Origin: Nitrosopumilus sp.
GTDB lineage: Archaea > Thermoproteota > Nitrososphaeria > Nitrososphaerales > Nitrosopumilaceae
Direction: 5' to 3'
Length of the DNA: 58,201 nt
Assembly: GCA_003702545.1 (NCBI GenBank)
Contig: REGK01000001.1
Coordinates: 1-58,201, forward strand
Below the pieces are notes generated by a model. The model ran no database searches and was not told the DNA's origin. It worked only from the letters and a program-made list of their open reading frames with translations. Of the stretch, positions 20,989-30,965 are shown in pieces (position 1 is the stretch's first letter; each line of letters opens with the position of its first letter). Position numbers and translations under genes: made by a program.

Positions 20989-22644
20989 TTATTCTGAAGG
21001 TCCTAGTTGTTTTTTGTATTTTTCAATGTCTGCACCTTCAACTCTTGCAAATAACGGAGATGCTTCCCCAAGTGTATGACCTGAGGATACCCCTAAAACA
21101 GACATGTCATCCCATTTTTGTTGATCAACTTTACCATCTAGTGCAAGTTGAGTCCAAATATTTTGGGCAGATTTTGGAATAAATGGAAATGCTGCAATTG
21201 CCAAACTTCTAACTGCATTAGCTGAAAGATACACACAATTTGAAGTGCCCGGACCTTTCTTCCAAGGTTCTTTGTGTTGGAAATACTGGTTAAAATAAGA
21301 TGAAAACTCCATGATTTTCTTTAATGCCCTATCAAGATGGTTTTGTTCCATTAGAGACCCAACATCAGATGCAAGAGATTTGATTTTTTGTTCTGCTTCA
21401 GAATCTTTATCATCAAAATCTTCAGGGTCTGGAATTTTTCCATCAAATGCTTTTTTTGTAAATCCTAATGCGCGATTAACAAAGTTTCCAAGATTTCCAA
21501 TTAGTTCTGAATTTATTCTAGTTGTAAAATCATCCCAGTCAAAGTTCAAGTCATCCTGAGAATAGGGATTGATTGATACAAGATAGAATCTAAGATAATC
21601 TGCAGGATAGTATTCTAAGAATTGTTTTAATCCAATGTACCAATTTCTGCTCTTTGAGATTTTTTTTGCTTGAAGTGTTAAATGGCCTCTTGTCGGAATA
21701 AAATCAGGGAGTTTGTATTCACTTTGAATTCCCAATCGCATTGCAGGCAAAAATAGATAGTGATGATACACAATGTCTTTTCCAATAAAGTGATAGATAT
21801 CAGCAGAATTCCAAAATTCTTTTCCATCAATTCCCTTATCATTAAGAAATTTCAGTGCAGTAGAGATGTATGCCAAGTGGTTATCAAACCAGCCATAGAA
21901 GACTTTGTCTTTTGCACCATCAAGCGGTACTGGAACACCCCAAGTAATGTCTCGAGTAATATCCCAGTCAATTAGACCAGATTTTATCCAGTTTTGTACG
22001 TATTTTTTCACATCTTTTTGAAGATGATCATTTTCTTCTAGCCATTTGGAAAGGGGTTCTCCAAAATTTTTCAGTTTGAAAAAGTAATGAGTTGTTTTTT
22101 CTTTTGTCGGAGGTTGATTACACAAAGAGCATTTAGGATCGGTAATTTCCTCAGGAACTCTCCCGCAACTCTCACAAAGATCAGAGTATTGGTCTTCAGC
22201 CTTACAGTAAGGGCATATTCCTTTGACATACCTATCAGGTAGGAATTTTTTGTCATTATTGCAATAAAATTGAATTATTTCTTGTTCGTATATGTGGCCT
22301 GCATCATTGAGTTTTTTGAATACGTCTTGAACAAATTCAATATTTTCAGGAGAACTAGTCTTGTAAAAATAATCAAAATCAATGTCAAATGCACTAAAAT
22401 CCTCATAATCACGTTTGTTCCAATGAGCAACATATTCTGCAGGAGTCTTTCCTTCTTTTTCAGATTGAATTAGAATTGGAGTTCCAAAATCATCTGATGC
22501 ACATACGTAATAGGCCTCTACCCCATTTTGTTTAAGAAATCTAGTTGTAACGTCAGCAGGAAGATAAGTTGATGCAACGTGACCTAGGTGAATCTCACCA
22601 TTTGCATAAGGTAATGCACTAGTAATGATAGCTTTTTTGTTCAT
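20989..22644 (-). CDS. metG: Methionine--tRNA ligase
   Basis: LPYANGEIHLGH, zinc knuckles, FIGKDI, KISKS. Confidence 0.97.
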   Translation of the reverse strand: MNKKAIITSALPYANGEIHLGHVASTYLPADVTTRFLKQNGVEAYYVCASDDFGTPILIQSEKEGKTPAEYVAHWNKRDYEDFSAFDIDFDYFYKTSSPENIEFVQDVFKKLNDAGHIYEQEIIQFYCNNDKKFLPDRYVKGICPYCKAEDQYSDLCESCGRVPEEITDPKCSLCNQPPTKEKTTHYFFKLKNFGEPLSKWLEENDHLQKDVKKYVQNWIKSGLIDWDITRDITWGVPVPLDGAKDKVFYGWFDNHLAYISTALKFLNDKGIDGKEFWNSADIYHFIGKDIVYHHYLFLPAMRLGIQSEYKLPDFIPTRGHLTLQAKKISKSRNWYIGLKQFLEYYPADYLRFYLVSINPYSQDDLNFDWDDFTTRINSELIGNLGNFVNRALGFTKKAFDGKIPDPEDFDDKDSEAEQKIKSLASDVGSLMEQNHLDRALKKIMEFSSYFNQYFQHKEPWKKGPGTSNCVYLSANAVRSLAIAAFPFIPKSAQNIWTQLALDGKVDQQKWDDMSVLGVSSGHTLGEASPLFARVEGADIEKYKKQLGPSE

Positions 22645-22680
22645 CAGATATTTTCAAAGGCAGTATTGGGGTTAAGAAGT

Positions 22681-23934
22681 TTACCAGCTGTTTGCATATT
22701 TTACTTGCTCTGCAGTAAGTTTGTCAATTTTTACATCCATTGCCTTTAATGCATCAACTGCAACTTGAGTATCAATTTCTTCAGGCACATTGATGATTTT
22801 ATTTTCCATCTTGGTATGATTTTTGAGAATATACATTACAGACAGAATTTGGTTTGAGAACGATTGTGCCATTACTTCTGGAGGATGTCCTTCTGCTGCA
22901 ACCAGATTTGCTAGACGTCCTTGACCAATAAGATAGACCTTCTTTCCATTTTTGAGTACACATTCATCAAGTGCAGGTCTTACCTCTTTGACAGATTTTG
23001 ATTTCTTTAACAAAAATTCACTGTCAATTTCGACATCAAAGTGTCCAACATTTCCCATGATTGCACCATCTTTCATCTTTAGAATGTGTTCTTTTCTAAT
23101 TACACTGGTCATTCCAGTACAAGTGATAAAGATATCACCAATCTTTGTGGCTTGAGCCATTGGCATTACTTCAAAGCCATCCATGTGAGCTTCAAGTGCT
23201 TTTACAGGATCAATTTCAGTTACAATAACTTTGGAACCCATTCCATGACATCTTGCTGCTACTCCTCGTCCTACCCAACCATAACCTACAACAACAACAC
23301 GTTTTGATGCCATAAGCAAGTTCATTGCACGGAGGTAACCATCAATAGTACTTTGACCAGTACCATATCTATTATCAAACATGTGTTTTGTATATGCTTC
23401 ATTTACCAAGATTACTGGATATCGTAATTTTCCTTGATTCTCAACTGCTCTAATTCGGGTTACACCAGCAGTTGTCTCTTCAGTTGCACCCAAAATTTTC
23501 ATGTTCTTGAATCGCTTATCAAAGTGAGCCTTGACGTTCATATCTGCACCATCATCAGTAAGAATTGTTGGTTTGTGTTTGAGAACTTGATCAATACACC
23601 AATCATAGTCTTTTACAGATTGACCATGCCATGCATAGACATGAATTCCTTGGGATGCCAAAAATGCTGCAATATCATCTTGTGTTGTTAATGGATTTCC
23701 ACCACAACATGCAACAGTTGCTCCAAGTTCTTTAGCACCCATTAGTAAAACAGATGTCTCTTTTGTGATATGGAGACAAAATCCCAGGGTAACTCCTTTG
23801 AGAGGTTTTGATTTTTTTAATCGATTAATAGTATTATCTAAAATTTGCATATGAGATCTTGCCCATTCATAAGATAGTTTTCCGTCTTTGATCAGTTTTG
23901 CGCTAGATTTTACTTTGCTCACACCCTGACACAC
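22681..23934 (-). CDS. ahcY: Adenosylhomocysteinase
   Basis: DDGAD, EETTAG, FDNRYGTGQS, GHFDVEID, EGHP. Confidence 0.97.
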   Translation of the reverse strand: MCQGVSKVKSSAKLIKDGKLSYEWARSHMQILDNTINRLKKSKPLKGVTLGFCLHITKETSVLLMGAKELGATVACCGGNPLTTQDDIAAFLASQGIHVYAWHGQSVKDYDWCIDQVLKHKPTILTDDGADMNVKAHFDKRFKNMKILGATEETTAGVTRIRAVENQGKLRYPVILVNEAYTKHMFDNRYGTGQSTIDGYLRAMNLLMASKRVVVVGYGWVGRGVAARCHGMGSKVIVTEIDPVKALEAHMDGFEVMPMAQATKIGDIFITCTGMTSVIRKEHILKMKDGAIMGNVGHFDVEIDSEFLLKKSKSVKEVRPALDECVLKNGKKVYLIGQGRLANLVAAEGHPPEVMAQSFSNQILSVMYILKNHTKMENKIINVPEEIDTQVAVDALKAMDVKIDKLTAEQVKYANSW

Positions 23935-23995
23935 GTTCTTTGATATAAAATCCTATCATGCGAATCTAAATAAATGACAAAATTAACAAAAAACC

Positions 23996-24298
23996 ATGGC
24001 ATGGAAGAAGATTGCAGAGAAAGGAGACATTGATGCAGGTAAAGGCAAGGCATTTGAGATTGATGGAAAACAGATTGCAATCTTTAATCAAGATGGATAT
24101 CATGCAATAGATGACCTCTGTGTTCATCAAGACGGTTCAATTGCACCGGGCAAACTAGATGGAGACATCGTAGAGTGTCCACTCCACTTTTGGCATTATA
24201 ATATCAAGACAGGGGAATTGACAGACTATCTCAAAGATGTAAAGTTGGAAACATATCCTGTAGAGGCAAGAGATGACGGCATCTACGTAGATGTTTAG
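23996..24298 (+). CDS. Rieske [2Fe-2S] ferredoxin
   Basis: CVH...CPLH ligand pattern. Confidence 0.92.
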   Translation: MAWKKIAEKGDIDAGKGKAFEIDGKQIAIFNQDGYHAIDDLCVHQDGSIAPGKLDGDIVECPLHFWHYNIKTGELTDYLKDVKLETYPVEARDDGIYVDV

Positions 24299-24344
24299 AA
24301 ATTTTTAGGCACAATTTTTATTCTCAGTTTTTGCAAACCACTCA

Positions 24345-25136
24345 TTGAATCAAGAAATTATAGATGAGATAAAAAATCAAGATTATCCTTCCATTACAAC
24401 TACAATTGAAAATTTTCTAGAAGAACAAATGGAGAAAAATCATTCAGAAGGTCTAATTCTAGGACTAAGCGGAGGGATTGATTCAGCTGTTCTAGCATAC
24501 ATTTGCAAAAGAAAATTCCCAGACAAAACAATTGCAATAGTTATGCCAGATACTGCAATTACACCAAAAACAGAAACAGAAGATGCGTTAAAGATGGTAT
24601 CGTTAACAGGAATTCAATACAAGCTAATTGACATCAATCCAATAGTAAACGAGTATTCTATGTACTTGGAACCAAATGAGAGGGCAAAGGGAAATCTACG
24701 TGCAAGAGTTAGAACAAACATTTTGTATTATTATGCTAATGCTAAAAATTACTTGGTTCTAGGATCAAGTGACAAGAGCGAATATTTGATTGGGTATTTT
24801 ACAAAGTTTGGAGACGGTGCATCAGATATTACACCAATCATATCATTATACAAACTGCAAGTAAGAGAGATTGCAAAATATTTAGGAGTTCCAGAGAATG
24901 TGATTACAAAAAAGAGCAGTCCACACTTGTGGAAAGATCATGAAGCAGAAAACGAACTTGGAGCATCATATGAAGAAGTAGATTCCATTCTATATTGTCT
25001 ATTTGAGAAAAAGATCTCAGTTGAAGAGACTCAAAAATTGACAGGTATTGAAATTTCAACAATAGAAAAAATCCAAGAACTAAAGAAAAACAGTGAACAT
25101 AAAAGATTGCCAGCACAAAAACCAAATAGAGAATAA
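24345..25136 (+). CDS. nadE: NH3-dependent NAD+ synthetase
   Basis: GLSGGIDS, GNLRAR, GYFTKFGDG, SEHKR. Confidence 0.96.
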   Translation: MNQEIIDEIKNQDYPSITTTIENFLEEQMEKNHSEGLILGLSGGIDSAVLAYICKRKFPDKTIAIVMPDTAITPKTETEDALKMVSLTGIQYKLIDINPIVNEYSMYLEPNERAKGNLRARVRTNILYYYANAKNYLVLGSSDKSEYLIGYFTKFGDGASDITPIISLYKLQVREIAKYLGVPENVITKKSSPHLWKDHEAENELGASYEEVDSILYCLFEKKISVEETQKLTGIEISTIEKIQELKKNSEHKRLPAQKPNRE

Positions 25137-25137
25137 C

Positions 25138-26526
25138 ATGAGACTACAAGATACATTATCAAATGCTGAACAGGTATTAGATACATCAAAAAAGGTGAAA
25201 ATTTACCTTTGTGGAGTTACCGTATATGATGAATCCCATATTGGGCATGCAAGAACCATAATAGTCTTTGACGTACTAAGAAAATATCTAGAAGATAAAG
25301 GAATTGAGATTGAATTTATTCAGAATTTCACTGATGTTGATGATAAAATTATCAACAAAGCACAGACAGAAAATACTAGTGCTGAGGTAATCAGCACAAA
25401 ATACATTGAAAATTACTTTAGAGATTTTAATGGACTAAACATCAAACATGCAACAAATTATCCAAAGGCAACTGAGCATATTGTAGACATCATCAAGTTT
25501 ATTGAAAAACTAATTGAAAAAGAAATTGCATATGTCTCAAAAAATGGTGTGTATTTTGCAGTATCAAAATTTCCAGAATATGGAAAATTATCAAAAAAGA
25601 AAATTGACGAGTTAGAATCCGGAGCAAGAATTGAAGTTGATGAGTCAAAAAACAATCCTCTAGACTTTGCAGTATGGAAATTCTCGGATGTTGAACCTGT
25701 TTGGGAGAGTCCATGGGGAAAAGGAAGGCCCGGATGGCACATTGAATGTTCAGCAATGAGTACAAAATATCTTGGAGAAAATTTTGATATTCATGGAGGA
25801 GGACGAGACCTGATATTTCCTCATCATGAAAATGAGATTGCGCAATCTGAATCATTTACAGGTAATCAATTTGCAAAGATCTGGATGCATGTGGGAATGG
25901 TCACAATTGATGGAGAAAAAATGTCAAAATCTATTGGAAACATCAAATCAATCAAACATGTTTTAGAGAACTGGGGACCAAATATTATCAGGTTATTTTG
26001 TTTGTCAGGGCACTATTCAAAGCCAATTGACTATTCTGAGGAACTATTAAAAGAAAATCTAACTAAATGGCGACAAGCTGAAACCTGCTACTATGAATTA
26101 ATTCACGCAAATAGCAAAGATACCGAAAATGTAGCATCCACAGTACAAAAACTGGCCTCAGAATTTGATAATGCATTAGAAAATGACTTCAATACACATT
26201 TGGCACTATCTGCATTTTTCCAACTAATCAAAGAAACTAACAGACTAGCGGCTGAAGAAAAGTTAGGGAATGAAGATGCTAAAATAATCAAACCTGAATT
26301 TCAAAGAATGCTCAAAATCTTGGGACTAAGCATACCAGAAATGACGGATGATTTGAAACAAGATATTGACACCATGATTGAGAACAGAGAAAAATTCAGA
26401 CAGGAAAAACAATTCCAAGAAGCAGACCAAATTCGAGACAAACTCAATGAGATGAATGTGGAATTAATTGATCATAAAGGAAAAACAATCTGGATGAAAA
26501 AAGAAAACATCAAAGCCGAAAAATAA
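25138..26526 (+). CDS. cysS: Cysteine--tRNA ligase
   Basis: CGVTVYD..HIGH, GRPGWHIEC, FPHHENE, KMSKS; start set at ATG 25138. Confidence 0.97.
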   Translation: MRLQDTLSNAEQVLDTSKKVKIYLCGVTVYDESHIGHARTIIVFDVLRKYLEDKGIEIEFIQNFTDVDDKIINKAQTENTSAEVISTKYIENYFRDFNGLNIKHATNYPKATEHIVDIIKFIEKLIEKEIAYVSKNGVYFAVSKFPEYGKLSKKKIDELESGARIEVDESKNNPLDFAVWKFSDVEPVWESPWGKGRPGWHIECSAMSTKYLGENFDIHGGGRDLIFPHHENEIAQSESFTGNQFAKIWMHVGMVTIDGEKMSKSIGNIKSIKHVLENWGPNIIRLFCLSGHYSKPIDYSEELLKENLTKWRQAETCYYELIHANSKDTENVASTVQKLASEFDNALENDFNTHLALSAFFQLIKETNRLAAEEKLGNEDAKIIKPEFQRMLKILGLSIPEMTDDLKQDIDTMIENREKFRQEKQFQEADQIRDKLNEMNVELIDHKGKTIWMKKENIKAEK

Positions 26527-26538
26527 AAAAGAAAAGAA

Positions 26539-26853
26539 TCAAGGATTAACCAAAGCTAATTTTGCCCCAATTCTTTCATAGTATCCATTTTGGTCCATGG
26601 CAGGAACATAAAATGTTGCAGAAATTACATCTCCAACACCTGCACCACAATCTGTCACAACGACAGAATGACCTAAAACAGACTCACCAACACAGCCATA
26701 ATTAGTAACCGCAATGACCGATACATCTTCAGTAACTAGTGTTGGAACTATATTCCAAGGAGTCAATGTGAAAACTAGTATTACTGAAGTTGCTCCAGCC
26801 AAAATCAGCATGAATTTTAGCTGCGGTGTTTTTGTTTGTGTGGTTTGTTGCAT
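26539..26853 (-). CDS. Membrane-anchored hypothetical protein
   Basis: N-terminal TM segment, two Cys; motif-containing promoter upstream. Confidence 0.7.
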   Translation of the reverse strand: MQQTTQTKTPQLKFMLILAGATSVILVFTLTPWNIVPTLVTEDVSVIAVTNYGCVGESVLGHSVVVTDCGAGVGDVISATFYVPAMDQNGYYERIGAKLALVNP

Positions 26854-26880
26854 TTCTCCTCAATATTATTTACATTTTAC

Positions 26881-26921
26881 AAAATATAACCAAGAGTGAG
26901 TTTTGCACCCCAGTGCCAAAA
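26881..26921 (-). promoter_or_regulatory. TATA-like box plus upstream recurring motif copy (sense TTTTGGCACTGG)
   Basis: Plus strand CCAGTGCCAAAA at 26910-26921; sense TTATAT begins at 26889, gap 20 nt. Confidence 0.6.
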
Positions 26922-26922
26922 T

Positions 26923-27252
26923 TTAGATTTTGCAATCACAGCCTTTCTGTTTTAAAATTTGAATTTGTCTAGAGGGAGAATCAACAAAAATATCTTGGAT
27001 TGAATTGCCAGTTGCCTTTCTCTTATCTAGAGGGCTTTTGTGAGAATATCCCCTACGAGCCATCTCAAAAACAAGTTCTTCATGCCTAGAATAGAGAGCT
27101 TTTAGTTTTCCTTTCCAACGTATTGTCTCAGGGTGTAAAGAATATCCTTTTTTGTCTTGAGTGATTACTGCCCACATTGCATGTAGTTCTCGGTGCTCAC
27201 CTAACAAATGGTTTCTACATAATTTCTTTGGAGGAATATCCCAAATTCTCAT
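26923..27252 (-). CDS. Pyrimidine dimer DNA glycosylase / T4 endonuclease V family
   Basis: MRIWD.PPKKLCRNHLLGEHRELH...RHEELVFEMARRGYSH.SPL pattern; start set at ATG 27252. Confidence 0.85.
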   Translation of the reverse strand: MRIWDIPPKKLCRNHLLGEHRELHAMWAVITQDKKGYSLHPETIRWKGKLKALYSRHEELVFEMARRGYSHKSPLDKRKATGNSIQDIFVDSPSRQIQILKQKGCDCKI

Positions 27253-27254
27253 TT

Positions 27255-27380
27255 TTATGAATTCCAAAATTTTTTACAATTATAACACTGATTCTTGTGA
27301 ATTAGTCCATCAGAGTTTTTTCTTATTTCTATTGTTCCATAGTCATCAGAACCACAAGTAGGACATCCTTCATCTCTCAT
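27255..27380 (-). CDS. 41-aa zinc-ribbon microprotein
   Basis: Manual translation MRDEGCPTCGSDDYGTIEIRKNSDGLIHKNQCYNCKKFWNS; abuts both neighbouring genes. Confidence 0.75.
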   Translation of the reverse strand: MRDEGCPTCGSDDYGTIEIRKNSDGLIHKNQCYNCKKFWNS

Positions 27381-27821
27381 CTAAAATACACCCCTCATTC
27401 TTGCAGAATAATCATAATAAAACAAATTTTGAGGAGTGATTTCAATTGCTACTTCATTATGAGAATTTTTTTTCAGGAATTTTGATAACTCATATTCTTT
27501 TTCACCCAAGTATTTTTTCATTAAAATTTGGAGAATGTCTTTTCCAACATCATCAATGATTTTTACAGAGCCATTTCCACGTACTCCTTTGTAAGGCGGT
27601 TTATCAGATGCTATCTCAAATCCACAAACAGTGTTTTTTTTCAAATATTGAATGATTTTTGCAGACTTTTGTGTTGCACAATAAATTTTCTCATTAATTT
27701 GTACAAACCAAAGAGACAGAACGCTTGGAATACCGTCATTATTCATGTATGCAAGACGGATAGGAATTTTAGTATCAGAAATCATTTGATCATAATTTCT
27801 TTTTTCAAGTTTTTGTAACAT
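27381..27821 (-). CDS. Pyridoxamine 5'-phosphate oxidase-like flavin-binding split-barrel protein
   Basis: RLAY...GIPSVLSLWF...CATQKSAKI...YKGVRG pattern. Confidence 0.8.
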   Translation of the reverse strand: MLQKLEKRNYDQMISDTKIPIRLAYMNNDGIPSVLSLWFVQINEKIYCATQKSAKIIQYLKKNTVCGFEIASDKPPYKGVRGNGSVKIIDDVGKDILQILMKKYLGEKEYELSKFLKKNSHNEVAIEITPQNLFYYDYSARMRGVF

Positions 27822-27924
27822 TACTGTCCACCTTATTGATTACATATTTTGTATAACAGAAATCACAAGACCAATCTTCATATTTTTTACCACAAGTAAA
27901 ACAAGATGATATAATTTGACTCAT
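27805..27924 (-). CDS. 39-aa Cys4 microprotein
   Basis: MSQIISSCFTCGKKYEDWSCDFCYTKYVINKVDSNVTKT; ATG about 20 nt below a TTATATA box; overlaps the next gene start. Confidence 0.6.
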   Translation of the reverse strand: MSQIISSCFTCGKKYEDWSCDFCYTKYVINKVDSNVTKT

Positions 27925-27943
27925 AACAAGGATTGGTTTTAGA

Positions 27944-28018
27944 GTATATAATGTGAAAAAGAATTGCCACCTAGTGCTAATGTTAGCACCAGCAGCAATT
28001 ATGGCCACTAGTTAAATA
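27944..28018. promoter_or_regulatory. Divergent promoter with two TATA boxes and three motif copies
   Basis: CTAGTGCTAA 27971-27980, TTAGCACCAG 27983-27992, TGGCCACTAG 28002-28011; TATA boxes at 27945-27951 (-) and 28012-28018 (+). Confidence 0.7.
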
Positions 28019-28048
28019 GCAGATTTGGAAAAAGATCACGAACAAGAC

Positions 28049-28336
28049 ATGACAGATATAATCTGGGGAAATGGCGCAAATGTAGTATCAAACGATATTT
28101 TTGTTCTTAATGTTACACACAGAAAAAGTGGCAATAGTGGAAAATATTCAGATACTGAAAAAATCAGAATATCTGAAGCAGATATTCCAGGTCTACCACA
28201 TACAAGAGAAGATTGGAATGAAGAATCTCTGAAATCATGCGTAAATGAAGCCTTTCTGAAATGTGAAATTGAGCAAAGAGAGGATTCAGGTATTCTCTCT
28301 GCCAAAGTATCACATTCAGGAGTTGGCGGATACTAA
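28049..28336 (+). CDS. Hypothetical protein
   Basis: ORF 28025-28336; ATG 28049 fits the TATA spacing; TAATG-coupled to the next gene. Confidence 0.65.
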   Translation: MTDIIWGNGANVVSNDIFVLNVTHRKSGNSGKYSDTEKIRISEADIPGLPHTREDWNEESLKSCVNEAFLKCEIEQREDSGILSAKVSHSGVGGY

Positions 28337-29112
28337 TGTGGATGCCAAAACAAGGAAGTTGCAGTAAAATCACAAGGAGTGATTTCCAATTACTAATTCA
28401 AGGGAAGATACCTGCAATCATCATCAAAAATTTTTACAGTAAAAATCAATGTGATGAAATTTCTCAAAAAATTAACTCAATACAAAAATCAGATTTTAGC
28501 AATACAAAACTAGAACACATTGGAACATTTTTGATGGCACATGCAACAAAAAGGAAAGAATATTTTGAGAATGTAAAAAAAGACAAGAAAAAAAGACAAG
28601 AGATTTTTTCAACAGATATAGAACCCACTGTCAGGATTTTCAAGATATTTAAAAAACTATTTCCAGAATATGAGGTTTCTACAGCAAAGGAATTAAAAAA
28701 TGAATTTTCCCCATACATCATTAGAATTCATAAAAAAGGAAAATCAATTCCAATACACAAAGACAATGTGAAATATGAAGGTAGAGAATACAAACTATCA
28801 AAAATTGACAGTCAATTATCCTGTATTTTACATATCCAGGAATCAGAGAAAGGAGGAGAGTTGATAATTTATGATAAAAACTGGTCTATGGAAGATGAAA
28901 AATTCAGGAAAATAGATTTTGGATATTATCCGGAAATTATTTCAGAATCAAATTGTTGTAGAATATCAAATCTAAAAGCAGGAGATTTGGCAATAATTAA
29001 TCCAAACTATTTTCATCAAGTAACAAAAATTGAAGGAGAGGCACCAAGGATTTCTCTAGGAATGTTTATAGGAATTTTCAAGAAATATCAACAAATTGTA
29101 GGATGGGCATAA
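28336..29112 (+). CDS. 2OG-Fe(II) oxygenase superfamily protein
   Basis: HxD (IHKD), GGEL, distal His (FHQV) and R-x-S (RIS) motifs. Confidence 0.85.
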   Translation: MWMPKQGSCSKITRSDFQLLIQGKIPAIIIKNFYSKNQCDEISQKINSIQKSDFSNTKLEHIGTFLMAHATKRKEYFENVKKDKKKRQEIFSTDIEPTVRIFKIFKKLFPEYEVSTAKELKNEFSPYIIRIHKKGKSIPIHKDNVKYEGREYKLSKIDSQLSCILHIQESEKGGELIIYDKNWSMEDEKFRKIDFGYYPEIISESNCCRISNLKAGDLAIINPNYFHQVTKIEGEAPRISLGMFIGIFKKYQQIVGWA

Positions 29113-29759
29113 TGAAAAAAATTATTTTTATTGTTTTTGCACTGGCGATAATTTCAACAAACTATGCATCAGCCCACAAACTCATTAGTCATGATGACAG
29201 CCACAGAGATTTTGACTCAGCATTAGTCATTCCTGATCACAAGATTTCATGGGCAATTTATGAAAATCTAGGTGTAAATGAGGCCAAATTTTACACATTT
29301 GAGGCAAAAAAAGGAGATTCATTTTATGCAAGTATTGTAATTCCAAAAATCCAAGGATTAGAAAACTATGCACCCACACTAGTAATGGTTGGAGAAGATA
29401 ATTTTTTCAGGGATAAGGTAATTTATGAAAATGGTTTTCCAGGAAAAGAGTTCTATGAACCATTTGGCCAAGTAACATATTGGGAAAGACAAGAATTAAG
29501 AACAGAGATACCAAAAGATGGAACTTATTTCATAGTTGTTACAGATGAAAAAAACCAAAGCGGAAAATATAGTTTGGCAGTTGGAGAAATAGAGGACTTT
29601 TCAGGAGAAAACATGTTTACGTTATTACCTAAAGCATGGTTAGACACAAAATTTTTTGTAAATGATTATGTATCAATAGTAATTGCCTTTGGGATTTTTC
29701 TTGCGATGTGCAGTGTACCAGTAATTGCAATTTTCAAAAAAAGAAAAACAAAGCTTTAG
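29112..29759 (+). CDS. Exported protein with a C-terminal membrane anchor
   Basis: Signal peptide ending ASA-HK; FYEPF motif; C-terminal TM followed by a basic tail. Confidence 0.75.
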   Translation: MKKIIFIVFALAIISTNYASAHKLISHDDSHRDFDSALVIPDHKISWAIYENLGVNEAKFYTFEAKKGDSFYASIVIPKIQGLENYAPTLVMVGEDNFFRDKVIYENGFPGKEFYEPFGQVTYWERQELRTEIPKDGTYFIVVTDEKNQSGKYSLAVGEIEDFSGENMFTLLPKAWLDTKFFVNDYVSIVIAFGIFLAMCSVPVIAIFKKRKTKL

Positions 29760-29788
29760 CTAATTTTATTAAAATTCACGCATAAGAA

Positions 29789-29820
29789 AATTAGTTTGGT
29801 CTAATTAGTTTTGTCTAATT
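29789..29820. promoter_or_regulatory. Tandem imperfect palindromes AATTAG-N6-CTAATT
   Basis: aattagtttggtctaattagttttgtctaatt, about 10 nt upstream of TTTAATA at 29830. Confidence 0.55.
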
Positions 29821-29858
29821 TTCGAGTTGTTTAATAGAATTGAGAACTAAATTGGACT

Positions 29859-30140
29859 ATGAATGCATGGAATAAATTTTGGAAATGGTATGAAAATAAA
29901 ATACTTGGAAGTATAATTGTAATTGCAATTATTCAGTTCATTCAAGTTCCGCACATGGTATGGAATGCAGATATTATGCTAGAGGCAGGACTTGTTTCAA
30001 GAGTTCATCCTGTAATTGACTGGTTCTTGTATGGAGTAGACTTGATTGAGATTGTTTCAATTGTTAATGTTGGAATGATTATGTACAGCCTACTCAAGAA
30101 AAGACAATCAAAGAAGAAACTTTCTGCAAAAACAGCATAA
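29859..30140 (+). CDS. Small membrane protein
   Basis: Two hydrophobic segments and a basic tail. Confidence 0.7.
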   Translation: MNAWNKFWKWYENKILGSIIVIAIIQFIQVPHMVWNADIMLEAGLVSRVHPVIDWFLYGVDLIEIVSIVNVGMIMYSLLKKRQSKKKLSAKTA

Positions 30141-30965
30141 CTAATCTTTTGCTTCCCAGATAACACGTTGAGGAAATGGAATTTCCACTCCAGCCCTATC
30201 TAAGGCACGTTTTACAGTCGTAAGTAAGATGGGTTGAGCTTGACTCCAGTCATCTTTAGGATGCCATACCAAAACCTGGATATTTACGCTTGAATCACCC
30301 AATTCTTCAACCCTAAATTCAGGTTCTGGTACTTTCAAGACAAAAGGCATTGTGACTTCAATCTCTTTTTTTATCACAGAGATTGCATTTTCGATATCAT
30401 CTTTGTAGGATATACCAACCATAACATCTGCACGCCTTACAGTTGAAGCAGTTAAGGATCGAATATTTGAGGTAAAAAACTTCTCATTAGGGATTCGGAT
30501 AACAGTTCCATCAAATTTCCTTACACGACTAGAAAAAGTTCCAATATCTAACAAAGTTCCTGAAATAGACATGTCAGGAATCTGAATAGTATCTCCTTGT
30601 TTTGCAGGTTTTTCCAACATCAAGAAAACACCTGATATTAAATTGGAAACCACAGATTGTGTTGCAAATCCAATAACTACAGCAAATATTCCTCCGGCGA
30701 CAAGTAATCCAGACAAATCAATGCCTTGACTTGATGTGAATGCAAGAAATGAAATTATTATAATTCCAAAATAGAGTAACTTGCTGAGATTTTGTGCAGT
30801 GTCTTTAGGTAATGTGGGTGCATAGTATTTGTAAAACAACACCTTTACAACTTTGGCAATAATTAGACCAGTTGCCATAATAATTCCCCCAATCAATAAT
30901 GATAGTACAGTGAGGTTACCAACAATTTGCATCTCAGAGAGATTTTGTAAGAATTCTATAGGCAT
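30141..30965 (-). CDS. mscS: MscS mechanosensitive channel
   Basis: IGFATQSVVSNLISG, GDTI, IPNEK, AGVEIPFPQR; start set at ATG 30965. Confidence 0.93.
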   Translation of the reverse strand: MPIEFLQNLSEMQIVGNLTVLSLLIGGIIMATGLIIAKVVKVLFYKYYAPTLPKDTAQNLSKLLYFGIIIISFLAFTSSQGIDLSGLLVAGGIFAVVIGFATQSVVSNLISGVFLMLEKPAKQGDTIQIPDMSISGTLLDIGTFSSRVRKFDGTVIRIPNEKFFTSNIRSLTASTVRRADVMVGISYKDDIENAISVIKKEIEVTMPFVLKVPEPEFRVEELGDSSVNIQVLVWHPKDDWSQAQPILLTTVKRALDRAGVEIPFPQRVIWEAKD

